Part shown: piece by piece, positions 38,231 through 47,974 of the stretch | How positions within the stretch are numbered: position 1 is the stretch's first letter | How the letters are laid out: the number at the start of each line of letters is the position of its first letter | Assembly (NCBI GenBank): GCA_963726905.1 | Contig: CAVSDZ010000016.1 | Coordinates: 3,028-67,027, forward strand | Source of the DNA: an uncultured Microthrixaceae bacterium | Lineage (GTDB): Bacteria; Actinomycetota; Acidimicrobiia; Acidimicrobiales; Acidimicrobilacustridaceae | DNA length: 64,000 nt | Direction: 5' to 3' | Made by a program: the position numbers and the translations under genes | The notes under the pieces: model-generated | The model's database searches: none | Told to the model about the DNA's origin: nothing | Seen by the model: the letters and a program-made list of their open reading frames with translations, nothing else

Positions 38231-39143
38231 TCAGACATGCTTCAGGGAGAAGCGGGCGGCGATCATGCGGGCGATGAGCGGTGAGCACGAACACGATGCA
38301 CCATCAACGTCAGGGCCGCGCCCCAGGCCCGGTCCTGGGCGGCGGCGAACGGCGTCTGGGCGTTGTTGAAGATCTGCTGGGGCAGCGCGCTGTTGGGCCC
38401 GTGGAAGAGATCGGTGTTGATCTTGCGGGCCGCGCCGATGGTGAACAGCAGCGGCGCGGTCTCCCCGGCGGCGCGGGCCACGGCCAGCATGACGCCGCTC
38501 ACGATGCCGCCGATGGCGGCGGGCAGCACGACGGTGAGGATGGTGCGCCACTTGCGGTTGCCCAGCGCGTAGCTGCCCTGGCGCAGCTCGTCGGGCACGA
38601 GGCGCAGCATCTCCTCGGTGGAGCGGATCACGATGGGCAACATGAGGCAGGCCAGGGCCAGCGAGCCGCCGAAGCCCATCAGCCCGAAGCGCAGGGTGAA
38701 GACCGTGTAGATGAACAGGCCCATCACGATCGACGGCACGCCGGTCATGACGTCGGCCATGAACCGGATGAGCGCGGGCCAGCCGGCCCCGGCCCCCGTA
38801 CTCGTTGAGGTAGATGGCGCCGAGGATGCCCACCGGGACCGCCAGGACCGCCGCCCCGAAGGTGATGAGCAGCGTGCCCACGATGGCGGGAGCCATGCCG
38901 CCGCCGGGCCGGCGGCTGACGGCGGGGATGTCCTCGGTGAACCAGCCCTGGGTCAGCACCGCGGGCGAGGCCCTTGGACACCACGTAGAACAAGATGGCG
39001 GCCAGCGGGATGACCACCAGCACGAACGAGGTGTACATCCAGACGGTGGCGGCACGGTCGCGCACCCGGCGCGACCGGCTGGTGGTCACCTCCAGCAGCA
39101 GCCGGGTGGACTCGGTGGTGGCGGCGGGGCCGAGGTCGGTCAT
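38231..39143 (-). CDS. pstA: Phosphate ABC transporter permease PstA (3 frame jumps)
   Basis: The stitched product reads MTDLGPAATT...VWMYTSFVLVVIPLAAILFYVV, then GGMAPAIVGTLLITFGAAVLAVPVGILGAIYLNEYG, then VMTGVPSIVMGLFIYTVF...LACLMLPIVIRSTEEMLRLVPDELRQGSYALGNRKWRTI...ARAAGETAPLLFT. The fragments are in ORFs 38745..39275, 38231..39055 and 38263..38760. Confidence 0.85.
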
Positions 39144-39144
39144 G

Positions 39145-40062
39145 TCACGCCCCCGCGTGCGCCGGTCGAGCCGGGTGACGATGGAGCGGGCGGCCACGTT
39201 GATGAGGATCGTGATGACGAACAGCACCACGCCGAGCCCGATGAGGGCCGACTTGTGCAGCGTGCTCGGCCTCACCGAACTGGTTCACGATCACCGCGGC
39301 CATGGAATCGCCGGGGTAGAAGACGTGGGACGTGATCTGGGCGGTCGAGCCGATGACCAGCGCCACCGCGATGGTCTCGCCCATGGCCCGGCCCAGGCCC
39401 AGCATGACCGCCCCGGTGATGCCGCCCCGGCTCCAGGGCAGCACGGCGTGGCGGATCATCTCCCAGCGGGTGGCCCCCATGCCGTAGGCCGCCTCGCGCT
39501 GGCTGCGGGGGACGGTGGCGATGACCTCCCGGCTGAGCGAGGTCACGATCGGGGTCATCATGATGGCCAGGATGATGCCGGCGGTCATGAAGCTCTTGCC
39601 GCTGGCCTCGCCGCCGAAGATCGAGCCCACCACGGGGATGCCGTCGGTGGCGTCGGCGATGGACTGGTAGACGGGCCGGATGTTGGGGGCCAGCACCAGC
39701 AGCCCCCACAGGCCGTAGACCACCGAGGGCACGGCGGCCAGCAGGTCCATCACGTACACGACCGGCTTGCGCAGCCGCCGGGGGGCCGCCTCGGTGGCGA
39801 ACAGGGCGATGCCGACGCTGACCGGCACGGCCAGCACCAGCGCGATGAACGACGACAGCAGGGTGCCGTAGATGAAGGCCAGGGCGCCGAAGTCGCTGTT
39901 CTCGGGCACCCAGTGGTTGGTGGTGACGAAGCTCAACCCGGCCGACCTTGAACGCCGGCCACGCCTGGCTGGTGGTGGACCAGGCGATGAGGCCGAGGAT
40001 GGCCAGCACCACCAGGCCGGCCAGCAGCGCCACCCCCCGGAAGACCCGGTCGCCGCGGTCAC
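39145..40062 (-). CDS. pstC: Phosphate ABC transporter permease PstC (2-3 frame jumps)
   Basis: The stitched product reads RVFRGVALLAGLVVLAILGLIAWSTTSQAWPAF, then FVTTNHWVPENSDFGALAFIYGTLLSSFIALVLAVPVSVGIALFATE...REAAYGMGATRWEMIRHAVLPWSRGGITGAVMLGLGRAMGETIAVALV, then ALIGLGVVLFVITILINVAARSIV. Confidence 0.85.
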   Translation of the reverse strand: MTAATGSSGGWRCWPAWWCWPSSASSPGPPPARRGRRSRSAGLSFVTTNHWVPENSDFGALAFIYGTLLSSFIALVLAVPVSVGIALFATEAAPRRLRKPVVYVMDLLAAVPSVVYGLWGLLVLAPNIRPVYQSIADATDGIPVVGSIFGGEASGKSFMTAGIILAIMMTPIVTSLSREVIATVPRSQREAAYGMGATRWEMIRHAVLPWSRGGITGAVMLGLGRAMGETIAVALVIGSTAQITSHVFYPGDSMAAVIVNQFGEAEHAAQVGPHRARRGAVRHHDPHQRGRPLHRHPARPAHAGA

Positions 40063-40191
40063 CGCTGCCCGCCCGTCAGCAACGAGCGGGCCGAGCGATC
40101 GGTGACCGGAGCGGGGCGTTCGACGAGGTCGATGTCAGGAGGTGGCGTCACGAGTTCCGGTGATGCGGGTCGGGTGAGGCGGGTGGCGGCC

Positions 40192-41299
40192 CTAGCCGAT
40201 CGTGATCTGCGCAGAGCTGGGCCACGGCCTGCTGCTGGAGGCTCGACGACAGCTTGGCGAAGTTGGCGCCGGTTCCGCCAGGTCCTGCCCGTCGGTGAGC
40301 AGGTAGTTGATCCAGCCCTTGAGGGCGTTGCCGATGGTCGGCGTCAGGCTGGTTCTGGTAGATGATCACGTAGGTGGCGGTGGTGATCGGGTACGCGTCG
40401 GCGCCGGTGGCGTTGAGCGCGTTCACCGTCAGGTTCGGGTTGATCTTGGCCCCGTCGAGCGCGGCCGACGCCCCGGCCAGGGTGGCGGCGATGTAGGCGC
40501 CGCTCTGGTTCTTGATGGCCGCGAACGTCAGCTTGGAGGCCACCGCGTCGGAGTAGTCCACGTAGCCGATGGAGCCGGGCGCCTGCTGGATGGCCTGGGC
40601 CACGCCGCTGTTGCCGTTGCCGGTGGCGAAGCCGGTGGGCCACTTGGGCGTGTCACTGGCCTCGATGGTCCAGTCCGAGCCGCCGGCGGCCTTGAGGTAG
40701 TTGGTGAACGCCGAGGTCGTGCCGGAGCCGTCGCTGCGGACCGTCGGGACGATCTTGGTGCTGGGCAGCGTCACCCCGGGGTTGTCGGCGGCGATGGGTG
40801 CGGCGTCCCAGGTCGTGACCTTGCCGGTGAAGATCTGGGCCAGCGTGGCCGGCGAGAGCTGGAGCTTGTCGACGCCCGAGAGGTTGTACGACACCGTGAC
40901 CGGGGCGGCCACCGTGGGGAAGTAGAGGATGGCGCCACCCTTGAAGGTGGGCAGGTCGGCATCCTTGACCGCGCTGTCGGAGCCGGCCCACTGGGTGACC
41001 TGGCTGGCCAGGTCGGTCTTGCCCTTGCCCGAGCCGCCGCCGGCGTAGTTGACGGTCACGTCGGGGGCGACGTCCTTGAAGGCGGCGATGGCGTCTTCGT
41101 CGAACGCCTTCTGGAAGGTCGAGCCCGAGCCGTTCAGGGTGCCCGACAGGCTGGCGTAGTCGATGCCCGTGGCCCCGGCCGGCGTGGTGCCGCCGGCCGA
41201 GGTGGTGTCGGACTTGTTCGAGCTGCACGCGGCGCCGAGCAGGGCGACGGCGGTGAACAGGGCGGCGACGACGAGCGTGCGGCGCTTCGAGGAGATCAC
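40192..41299 (-). CDS. pstS: Phosphate-binding lipoprotein PstS (2 frame jumps near the 3' end)
   Basis: The GTG at 41299 has GGAGG 9 nt upstream. The signal peptide and lipobox read VISSKRRTLVVAALFTAVALLGAAC. The core contains LNGSGSTFQKAF...VNYAGGGSGKGKTDL...VRSDGSGTTSAFTNYL...GNSGVAQAI. The tail is stitched as NALKGWINYLLTDGQ, then ANFAKLSSSLQQQAVAQL, with TAG at 40192-40194. Confidence 0.85.
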
Positions 41300-41373
41300 G
41301 GTGGTTCGCCCTCCTGGGCTGGGCGGCGATGACGTCGTCACCGTAAGGAGGCCGGGTTACCAGACCGGGGGTC

Positions 41374-41406
41374 CGAAGCTGAACGGACGGTGAACGACGC
41401 GCGAAC
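41374..41406 (-). promoter_or_regulatory. PHO-box-like array: three tandem 11-nt direct-repeat units upstream of pstS
   Basis: The minus strand reads GTTCGCGCGTC GTTCACCGTCC GTTCAGCTTCG, which is exact 11-nt phasing with a GTTCA-type core. The array lies 75-107 nt upstream of the pstS GTG. It resembles actinobacterial PhoP/RegX3-type PHO boxes built of 11-nt direct-repeat units. Confidence 0.5.
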
Positions 41407-41413
41407 GTTGGGT

Positions 41414-41842
41414 TCAGGTCCGACCGGCACGCTGGGCGACGCGGAAGGCGTCGAGCACCGGGCGGTCCCGGCGGTAGGTCAGGACCTTGACCGCCTTGGC
41501 GTGCGCCAGCCATCGGATCTCGTCCACCTCGTCGTTGGGGGTGAACGCCCCCTTCACCGCCCGCATGGCCCAGTAGCGCACCACCTTGGGCCGGCCCTTG
41601 CCGTCGACGTAGTGCGACCGGGTCAGCTCAGGCCCGACCTCGCAGACCAGCCCGGTCTCCTCCAGCACCTCGCGCCGTGCGGCCCGCAGGTAGGTCTCGC
41701 CCGCATCGAGCTTGCCCTTGGGCAGGCTCCAGTCGTCGTACTTGGGTCGGTGCACCAGCAGGACCTGCACCCCACCGCCCCGGCGGCGCCACACCACCCC
41801 GCCGGCGGCGCGGACCAGGACAGCCTTGCCGTCGGCGCTCAT
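41414..41842 (-). CDS. NUDIX hydrolase (MutT1-like position next to ppk1)
   Basis: This is an intact 142-aa ORF. The Nudix box is GKLDAGETYLRAARREVLEETGL. Confidence 0.85.
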   Translation of the reverse strand: MSADGKAVLVRAAGGVVWRRRGGGVQVLLVHRPKYDDWSLPKGKLDAGETYLRAARREVLEETGLVCEVGPELTRSHYVDGKGRPKVVRYWAMRAVKGAFTPNDEVDEIRWLAHAKAVKVLTYRRDRPVLDAFRVAQRAGRT

Positions 41843-41848
41843 CGCCGG

Positions 41849-42473
41849 TCACCGCCTCCCCAGCAGGGCCAGCGACCGCTCGACCTTGCTGCGAGGGTCG
41901 CCGGCCCGGGCGCCGGCGCCGACGAGGAGCCCGACCAGCGCGTCGATGCGCTCGGCGGGGGTACCGGCCTCGAACTCGACCTCGACCTCGCGGAAGGTGA
42001 CTTCGCCTCCGCTCGAGTCGGGGACGGCCGCGCTGACGGTGTCGTCGTCGACCTCGGCCAGCGTCACGCCGTCGCCGGTGTGGCCAGGCGCCAGCGGCGG
42101 CGGTGGGAGCGCAACCGGGCCACCGCCTCCAGCCGGCCGTCCCCCAGGTAGGGGGCCACGCAGCTCGCCCACGGCGGCGGGCACCGACTCGTCGTCGGTG
42201 ACGTAGTCCACCTCGCGCCGGGCCACGCTGCCCACCACCCCGTTGCGGTCGTCCGCCCCCGCCGGCAGCTTGACCGTCCAACGGGTGCTCCTCACCGGTG
42301 CGGCGCCGCACCGTGATGCCGAGATCGAGGAGGTGGCCGTCGGCCCGGTCGTAGTACATGGCGTCGAGCAGGTGATCGCTCAGCTCGGTGGCCACCAGGT
42401 CGGGGAAGGCGGCGGCCAGGTCGGGCAGGGCGAAGCCGGCGTCGACCTCCAGCTTGACCTCGTGCTCGATCAC
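41849..42473 (-). CDS. CYTH-domain (triphosphate tunnel metalloenzyme) protein (2-3 frame jumps)
   Basis: The GTG at 42473 overlaps the stitched ppk1 stop (GTGA). The N-terminus is VIEHEVKLEVDAGFALPDL, which contains the ExExK signature. The rest reads YYDRADGHLLDLGITVRRRTGE, then TRWTVKLPAG...REVDYV, then VTFREVEVEFEAGTPAERIDALVGLLVGAGARAGDPRSKVERSL. Confidence 0.65.
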
Positions 42474-44517
42474 CGCGAGCGACGGGCCAGCGCCAACTCC
42501 TGCAGCCGGCGGTGGGTGTCGACCTCGCCCCGGACGTCGGGGCGGTGCCAGCGTCCCGTCCGCGCCCAGCGTCCAGGCCAGGACGTCGTCGGCCAGGTCG
42601 ACGCCCAGCGCCTCGTCCAGCTCCTCCTGCAGGGCCGGGTCGGTCACCGACACCAGCGCCTCGACCCGGCGGTCGAGGTTGCGGGGCATGAGGTCGGCCG
42701 AGCCGATGAAGTACGTGGCCTCCGGGCTCGTCACCGAACTTGTAGATGCGTGAGTGCTCGAGGTAGCGGCCCACGATCGAACGGACCCGGATGTTGTCCG
42801 ACAGCCCGGGTACGCCGGGCCGCAGGCAGCAGATGCCCCGGATGATCAGGTCGATCGACACGCCCTGGCGCGACGCCTCGTAGAGGGCGTCGATCATCTC
42901 GGCGTCCACCAGGCTGTTCATCTTCATGACGATCGACCCGGGGGGCGAGCCGCCCTGACCGGCGATGAGCTCGAGGAGCCGGGGCCGCAGATCGTTGGGG
43001 GCGATGAGCAGCTTGTGGTACTCGACGTCGCGGGCATAGCCGGTGAGGTAGTTGAACAGCTCGGTCAGGTCGGCCCCGATCTCCGGGTCGCAGGTGAGCA
43101 GACCGAGGTCCTCGTAGAGCCGGGCCGTCTTGGGGTTGTAGTTGCCCGTCCCGATGTGGCAGTAGCGGCGCATGCCCTCCTGCTCCTCGCGCACCACCAG
43201 CGTGGTCTTGGTGTGGATCTTCAGCCCGACCAGGCCGTAGACCACGTGCACGCCCGCCTTCTCCAGCTCTCGGGCCCACTCGATGTTGTTGGCCTCGTCG
43301 AAGCGCGCCTTCAGCTCGACGAGCGCCACCACCTGCTTGCCGCTCTCCGCCGCCCGGATCAGCGAGTTGATGATCGAGCTGTCGCCCGACGTGCGGTACA
43401 GGGTCATCTTGATGGCCAGCACCTTGGGGTCGGCCGCGGCCTGGCGGATGAACTCCTCCACCGAGGTGGCGAACGACGAGTAGGGGTGGTGCAGCAGGAT
43501 GTCGCCCTTGCGCAGCTCCCGGAAGAAGCTGACCTTCTCGTCGTCGCCGCTGGCCAGACGGGCCTGGGTGATGGGCACCCACACCGGGTCCTTGAGGTCG
43601 GGGCGGTCGACGCCGTGCACGGCCCACAGCCCACCGAGGTCGATGGGGCCGTCATGGAGGTAGACGTCGTCGTCGTCCACGTCGAGCTCGCGCTCGAGCA
43701 GCTCTCGGATCTCCGCCGTCATCGAGGTGTCGATCTCGAGTCGCACGGCCTTGCCGAAGCGGCGGCGGCGCAGCTCGAACTCCACGGCGACGAGCAGATC
43801 GTCGGCCTCCTCCTCGCCCAGGGTGAGATCGGCGTTGCGGGTCACCCGGAACGGGTAGTGGCCCTCGATGTCCATGCCGGGGAAGAGGCTCTGGAGGTGG
43901 GCGGCGATGACCTGCTCGAGGGCCACGAAACGTTCGCCGTCGGGGGTCACCACGAAACGGGGCAGCAGCAGCGGAACCTTGACCCGGGCGAAGCGCCGGG
44001 CATGGCTCACCGGGTCGCGGACGACCACCGCCAGGTTGAGCGAGAGGTCGGAGATGTAGGGAAAGGGGTGGCCGGGGTCGACGGCCAGCGGGGTGAGCAC
44101 GGGGTAGATCCGCTCCTCGAACACCTCGTCGAGGTACTTGCGGTCGTCGTCGTCGAGCTCGTCCCACGCCGAGAACACGATGCCCACCTCGCGCAGGGCG
44201 GGCACGATCTCGTCGTGGAACACGGCCAGGGACCGGTCGTTCAACCGCTCGACCTCGTCGCGCACGTCGAGCAGTTGCTGAGCGGGGCTCCGGCCGTCGG
44301 GTGTGGAGGTGGTGACCCCCGCAGCCACCTGATCCTTGAGGCCGGCCACCCGCACCTGGAAGAACTCGTCGAGGTTCTGGCTGAAGATGGCGAGGAACTT
44401 GGCCCGCTCCAGGAGGGGCACGTCGTCGTCACCGGCGAGGGCGAGGACCCGGGCATCGAAGTCGAGCCACGACAGCTCTCGATTCAGGTACCAGGCGGGG
44501 TCCATGGCGGCCAACAC
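42470..44517 (-). CDS. ppk: Polyphosphate kinase 1 (2 frame jumps in the last ~270 nt)
   Basis: The first ~590 aa of ORF 42292..44517 are intact PPK1 (YLNRELSWLDFDARVLALA, FLAIFSQNLDEFFQVRVAGL, KIHTKTTLVVREE, CHIGTGNYNPKTARLYEDLGLLT). After YKFG the homology continues in ORF 41628..42734 (YFIGSADLMPRNLDRRVEALV). It then shifts again to end ...QELALARRSR* at 42470-42472. Confidence 0.9.
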
Positions 44518-44550
44518 TAGCGGTGGCGAGTGCTCGCGGGGCCGGCGGCG

Positions 44551-44838
44551 TCAGGCCCCGGTGGCGGCGTCCTCGTCGGGGATGCCCAGGTCCCACTCGA
44601 GCATGAGGTTCTCGCGTTCGGCATCACGCACGACCCGCTCGCGGTTGCGGCGGAACTGCGGGTCGTGGGGTGGCAGGAGCAGCAGGCGCGACAGCACCCG
44701 GGCCCGGAAGTCGTCGATGAGCTGGTGGTCGCCGAAGTCGGAGCGCACCTCCCAGTGGGGGGCGACCGGACCGAGGTAGACGACCTTCACGTGGCCACGC
44801 GGCGGCTGCGCCTCGGCGCTGGACTCGGTCAGGGACAT
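44551..44838 (-). CDS. Conserved-looking hypothetical protein (95 aa), probably co-transcribed with ppk1
   Basis: This is an intact ORF with high GC3, 33 nt upstream of ppk1. It reads HVKVVYLGPVAPHWEVRSDFGDHQLIDDFRARVLSRLLLLPPHDPQFRRNRERVVRD. I recognise no family. Confidence 0.45.
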   Translation of the reverse strand: MSLTESSAEAQPPRGHVKVVYLGPVAPHWEVRSDFGDHQLIDDFRARVLSRLLLLPPHDPQFRRNRERVVRDAERENLMLEWDLGIPDEDAATGA

Positions 44839-44922
44839 CGGGACTCGCTCTCGGGACGACGATCGATCGGCCGGTCAGCGTATCCCATGCCGACCGGTTC
44901 CCCGGGCGGCCGGCCCGGGCGG

Positions 44923-45201
44923 CTACCGGTCCCGGCGCTCCATCTCGTGTTGGATGTCGGCCTCGGTGATGGGCTTCTGGAAGAACACGGTCCAGCCATG
45001 GAGCACCAGGCCGACCCCCCAGGCGGCGATGACCCAGATGGGCCAGAAGTAGCCGCCGCCGGTGATGGCCCACACGGCTACGAGGAAGCCGTTGACCACG
45101 ATGTAGGCCACGACGTCCTGCCAGAAGCTGCGCCGGGCCCTGATCCGCTCGAGCGCCGCCGTTCGCGGGTCTCGAGTCTGAAGGTCCTGCTCGTCGCCCA
45201 T
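44923..45201 (-). CDS. 2TM-domain small membrane protein
   Basis: This is an intact 92-aa ORF. It reads RARRSFWQDVVAYIVVNGFLVAVWAITGGGYFWPIWVIAAWGVGLVLHGW, the typical pattern of the '2TM domain' family. Confidence 0.6.
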   Translation of the reverse strand: MGDEQDLQTRDPRTAALERIRARRSFWQDVVAYIVVNGFLVAVWAITGGGYFWPIWVIAAWGVGLVLHGWTVFFQKPITEADIQHEMERRDR

Positions 45202-45319
45202 GTCTCACGCTCCTTCGCTCGTTGGTTGGCACCACACTGCGCCTCGAGGATCAGTAGAACGCGTCCCCTTCATGCCGTACAGAGTCGAAGGACCCGCGGC
45301 CCCGCGGCACCGTGGGCGC

Positions 45320-45364
45320 GATTGCCACGGGCGCCGGTCGGCCTTGCCACCCTTCGTGGCAATC
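45320..45364. promoter_or_regulatory. 10-bp perfect inverted repeat with a third half-site (TTGCCAC x3) in the divergent 2TM / CAP-protein intergenic region
   Basis: The arms are GATTGCCACG (45320-45329) and CGTGGCAATC (45355-45364), with an extra CTTGCCACC at 45343-45351 in the spacer. This is a candidate operator or structured leader. Confidence 0.35.
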
Positions 45365-45445
45365 ATTGCGATCAAGTGACAGAAATTTCGGAAAACCGGC
45401 CTGAAATGCTACCCAGGACCGGTTTCGTCATGGTTTCGTAATGGA

Positions 45446-46123
45446 ATGAGGTTCTCCCCCCGGCCCGCTTCCGCCTTCCACGCGATCCTGGCGGTGGTCG
45501 TCACCGGGGTACTCCTGGCGTTGACGCTGGGCGCGCCGGGCCCGGCCGGCGCGGCCGGGAACGACGTGGGTGACTACCTCAGCCGCATCAACGGGCTCCG
45601 GGCCCAGGTCGGCGTGGCGCCGCTGGCCACCGACGGACAGCTCATGGCCGGCGCCCAGTCGTGGGCCGACCACATGGCGGCGACCCAGGCGCTGTCGCAC
45701 GACACCAACCTGGCCGGCGGCGTCACCTCGAACTGGACGAAGCTGGGCGAGAACGTGGGCGCCGGCGCGGCCAACCCCACCATCTGGGGTGCCTTCCTGG
45801 CCAGCGCCCAGCACTACGCCAACCTGGTCGACCCCGCGTTCAACCGGGTCGGGGTCGGCGTGGCCTACGCCGGTGGTGTCCAGTGGACGTGCCAGCGCTT
45901 CATGGCCGTCGCCGGGGCGGCCGCCGCCCCCGCCCCTCGGCCAGCCCCTCGCCCCGCCCCGGGGCCGGCCCCGTCCTCCCCGCCGACCACCCTGCCGGCG
46001 CCACCCCCCGCCCCCACGCCGGTGGTGCCGTTGCCGGTCGAGCCCCCGCGGGGCCCGTCGCCTCCGGCCGACGCCACCCGGGTGGCCACCGTGCTCACCG
46101 CCCTGCGCCAGCTGGCGGACTGA
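45446..46123 (+). CDS. Secreted CAP/SCP/PR1-like domain protein with a Pro-rich C-terminal region
   Basis: This is an intact 225-aa ORF. The signal peptide is AILAVVVTGVLLALTLGAPGPAGAAG. The CAP-like core reads YLSRINGLRAQVGVAPLATDGQLMAGAQSWADHMA...GENVGAG...HYANLVDPAFNRVGVGVAY. A PAPRPAP-type tail follows. Confidence 0.7.
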   Translation: MRFSPRPASAFHAILAVVVTGVLLALTLGAPGPAGAAGNDVGDYLSRINGLRAQVGVAPLATDGQLMAGAQSWADHMAATQALSHDTNLAGGVTSNWTKLGENVGAGAANPTIWGAFLASAQHYANLVDPAFNRVGVGVAYAGGVQWTCQRFMAVAGAAAAPAPRPAPRPAPGPAPSSPPTTLPAPPPAPTPVVPLPVEPPRGPSPPADATRVATVLTALRQLAD

Positions 46124-46221
46124 ATCCCCCCGGGTTCCGCGCGCGCCCGTCGACCGCATGAGGTCGATGGGCGCGCGTGGAACGGGCGGGGCAGGGGGCG
46201 GCCTGACTCCCCGCGGGCGGG

Positions 46222-47506
46222 CTAGTTGCCGGACTCGCCCCGGGTGCGGAGCTCGATGGTGGCGTTGTGGGTCTCGCCGTTGCGCTCATAGGTGACGGTG
46301 ATGCTGTCGCCCGCCTGATGGGCGCGCACGGCGGCGATGACCTGGTCGGAGCTGGACATGGGAGTGCCGTCGATGGCGGTGATGACGTCACCGACCTGCA
46401 GACCGGCGTCGGCCGCGGCCGAACCGGCGCTGATGTCCACCACGAACGCGCCGTCGGAGGTCCGAACCCCGTACTGCTTCTGGGTGGCGGCCGAGATGGT
46501 GCCCAGGTCCTGGGTGCTCACCCCCAGGAAGGCGGAGTCGGGGGTGACGGTCCCCTTGCCGTCCTTGATGTCCTGGATCGCCGACTTCAGCGAGTCGATG
46601 GCGATCGAGAACCCGATGTTCTGGGCGTCGCTGATGATGGCGGTGTTGATCCCCACCACCTGGCCGGCGGCGTTCAGCAGGGGCCCGCCCGAGTTGCCCG
46701 GGATTGATGGCGGCATCAGTCTGGATGAGGTGGCTGAGCGTCACGTTCTCGGCCTCGATGGTGCGATCCGTGGCCGACACGATTCCCTTGGTGACGCTGG
46801 GGGGACCACCCAGGTTCAGGGCGTTGCCGATGGCCACCACGTCGTCGCCCACCCGCACGTCGGCCGAGCTCCCCAGCTCGGCCGGGGTGAGGTTCGAGGC
46901 GTCGCGCAGGCGGATCAGGGCCACGTCGGTGTCGGGCAGGCTCCCCACCAGGTCGGCCTGCTCGGAGCGTCCGTCGTACAGCGTGACCTGCAGGTTCGCC
47001 GGGCTCGACACCACGTGGGCGTTCGTCAGCACCAGCCCGTCGTCGGAGATGATCACGCCCGAACCGGCCGAGCCGAACACGCCGTTGCTGCTCTGCTGGC
47101 CGGTCTGGATGGACACCACCGAGGGTTGCGCCTTGCGCAGCAACTGCTGGATGTCGAGCGGGGCCCCGCCGATGGACGACGAGTTGGCCCCACCGGCCGA
47201 TGAGCCGCCGTGGTCGTCGAACGCCCGCACCACGAGCGTGGTGGCCACCACCACGGCCAGCACCGCCGCCACCGCGATCCACGCCCATGTTCGTCGCCCC
47301 CAAGGTGGTCGAGGTGGGGGTAGAGGCTGCGTGGGAAGGGCAGGGAGTGGCGGAAGTGGGGCGGAGGGCGGGCTGGCGCCCACTTCTGGCGGGGAAAAGG
47401 GGAACGTCTCGCCCGATGGGCCCGTGGGGGGCGCCAGCGGGGGGCCCGCGGGAAAGGTCGACGTCGGTGTCACCGCGAACCCATGCGGATCGTGGTCAGT
47501 CACCAT
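46222..47506 (-). CDS. htrA: HtrA-family serine protease with PDZ domain, catalytically competent (one frameshift near 46716)
   Basis: ORF 46388..47560 gives a Pro-rich N-terminus, the TM segment WAWIAVAAVLAVVVATTLVV, then GSGVIISDDGLVLTNAHVV (His) and DTDVALIRL (Asp). ORF 46222..46716 gives PGNSGGPLLNAAGQVVGINTAI (Ser) and the PDZ domain GAFVVDISAGSAAADAGLQVGDVITAIDGTPM. Confidence 0.85.
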
Positions 47507-47663
47507 CGCTCCCTTCGGCCGACCCTTCCGCCAGAATGTACGCCGGTTTGTGGCCCGCACCGACGCGGGCGCTACCGTACGGACAAGAAATCAGCGGGTC
47601 AGATCGTGTGCTGGGAACTACATCTGCCTCGGCTCCGTAGAAACAAGGAGAAACGGAGGCGAC

Positions 47664-47906
47664 ATGGATAGCGAATGGATGGCTGCCGGCCTTTGCCGCA
47701 TCGAGCCACCAGCAGTGTTCTTTCCCAGCGACGGTGTCGGCGTAGAGATCGCCAAGCGCATCTGCGCGGAGTGCCCGGTCAAAGCGCCCTGTCTCGAGTA
47801 CGCACTCGAGAACCGCATCGACCACGGCGTGTGGGGCGGAACCTCGGAGCGCCAGCGACGGCGCATCCTGAAGAAGCGCAAGGCCACCATCCCCGTACTG
47901 GTCTGA
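47664..47906 (+). CDS. whiB: WhiB-family [4Fe-4S] transcriptional regulator
   Basis: The ATG at 47664 has AAGGAGAAACGGAGG upstream. The product reads MDSEWMAAGLCRIEPPAVFFPSDGVGVEIAKRICAECPVKAPCLEYALENRIDHGVWGGTSERQRRRILKK, with four Cys plus the G(V/I)WGG turn. Confidence 0.88.
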   Translation: MDSEWMAAGLCRIEPPAVFFPSDGVGVEIAKRICAECPVKAPCLEYALENRIDHGVWGGTSERQRRRILKKRKATIPVLV

Positions 47907-47935
47907 TCGGCTCTGGCCCGCGACGCGGGCGGGTT

Positions 47936-47960
47936 GGGTCGGGCCGAGACGGCTCGACCC
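47936..47960. terminator. GC-rich hairpin between convergent whiB and tatA (no clear U-tract)
   Basis: The hairpin is GGGTCGGGCCG-aga-CGGCTCGACCC, 11 positions with one G.T pair. Confidence 0.3.
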
Positions 47961-47974
47961 CCGTTACCCCCTGC

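Noticed and set aside
45430-45441. A three-codon upstream mini-ORF (ATG GTT TCG TAA) before the CAP-domain gene.
   Set aside because: It is too short, has no Shine-Dalgarno sequence, and arises from a tandem duplication. I noted it within the leader finding but do not call it as a feature.
45202-45445. Possible cyclic-di-AMP (ydaO-type) riboswitch upstream of the secreted CAP-domain gene.
   Set aside because: I could not find the conserved ydaO blocks that I remember (GGGGACCCA, GGGGUGAAUC, CAGCUAACC-type segments). Only generic inverted repeats are present.
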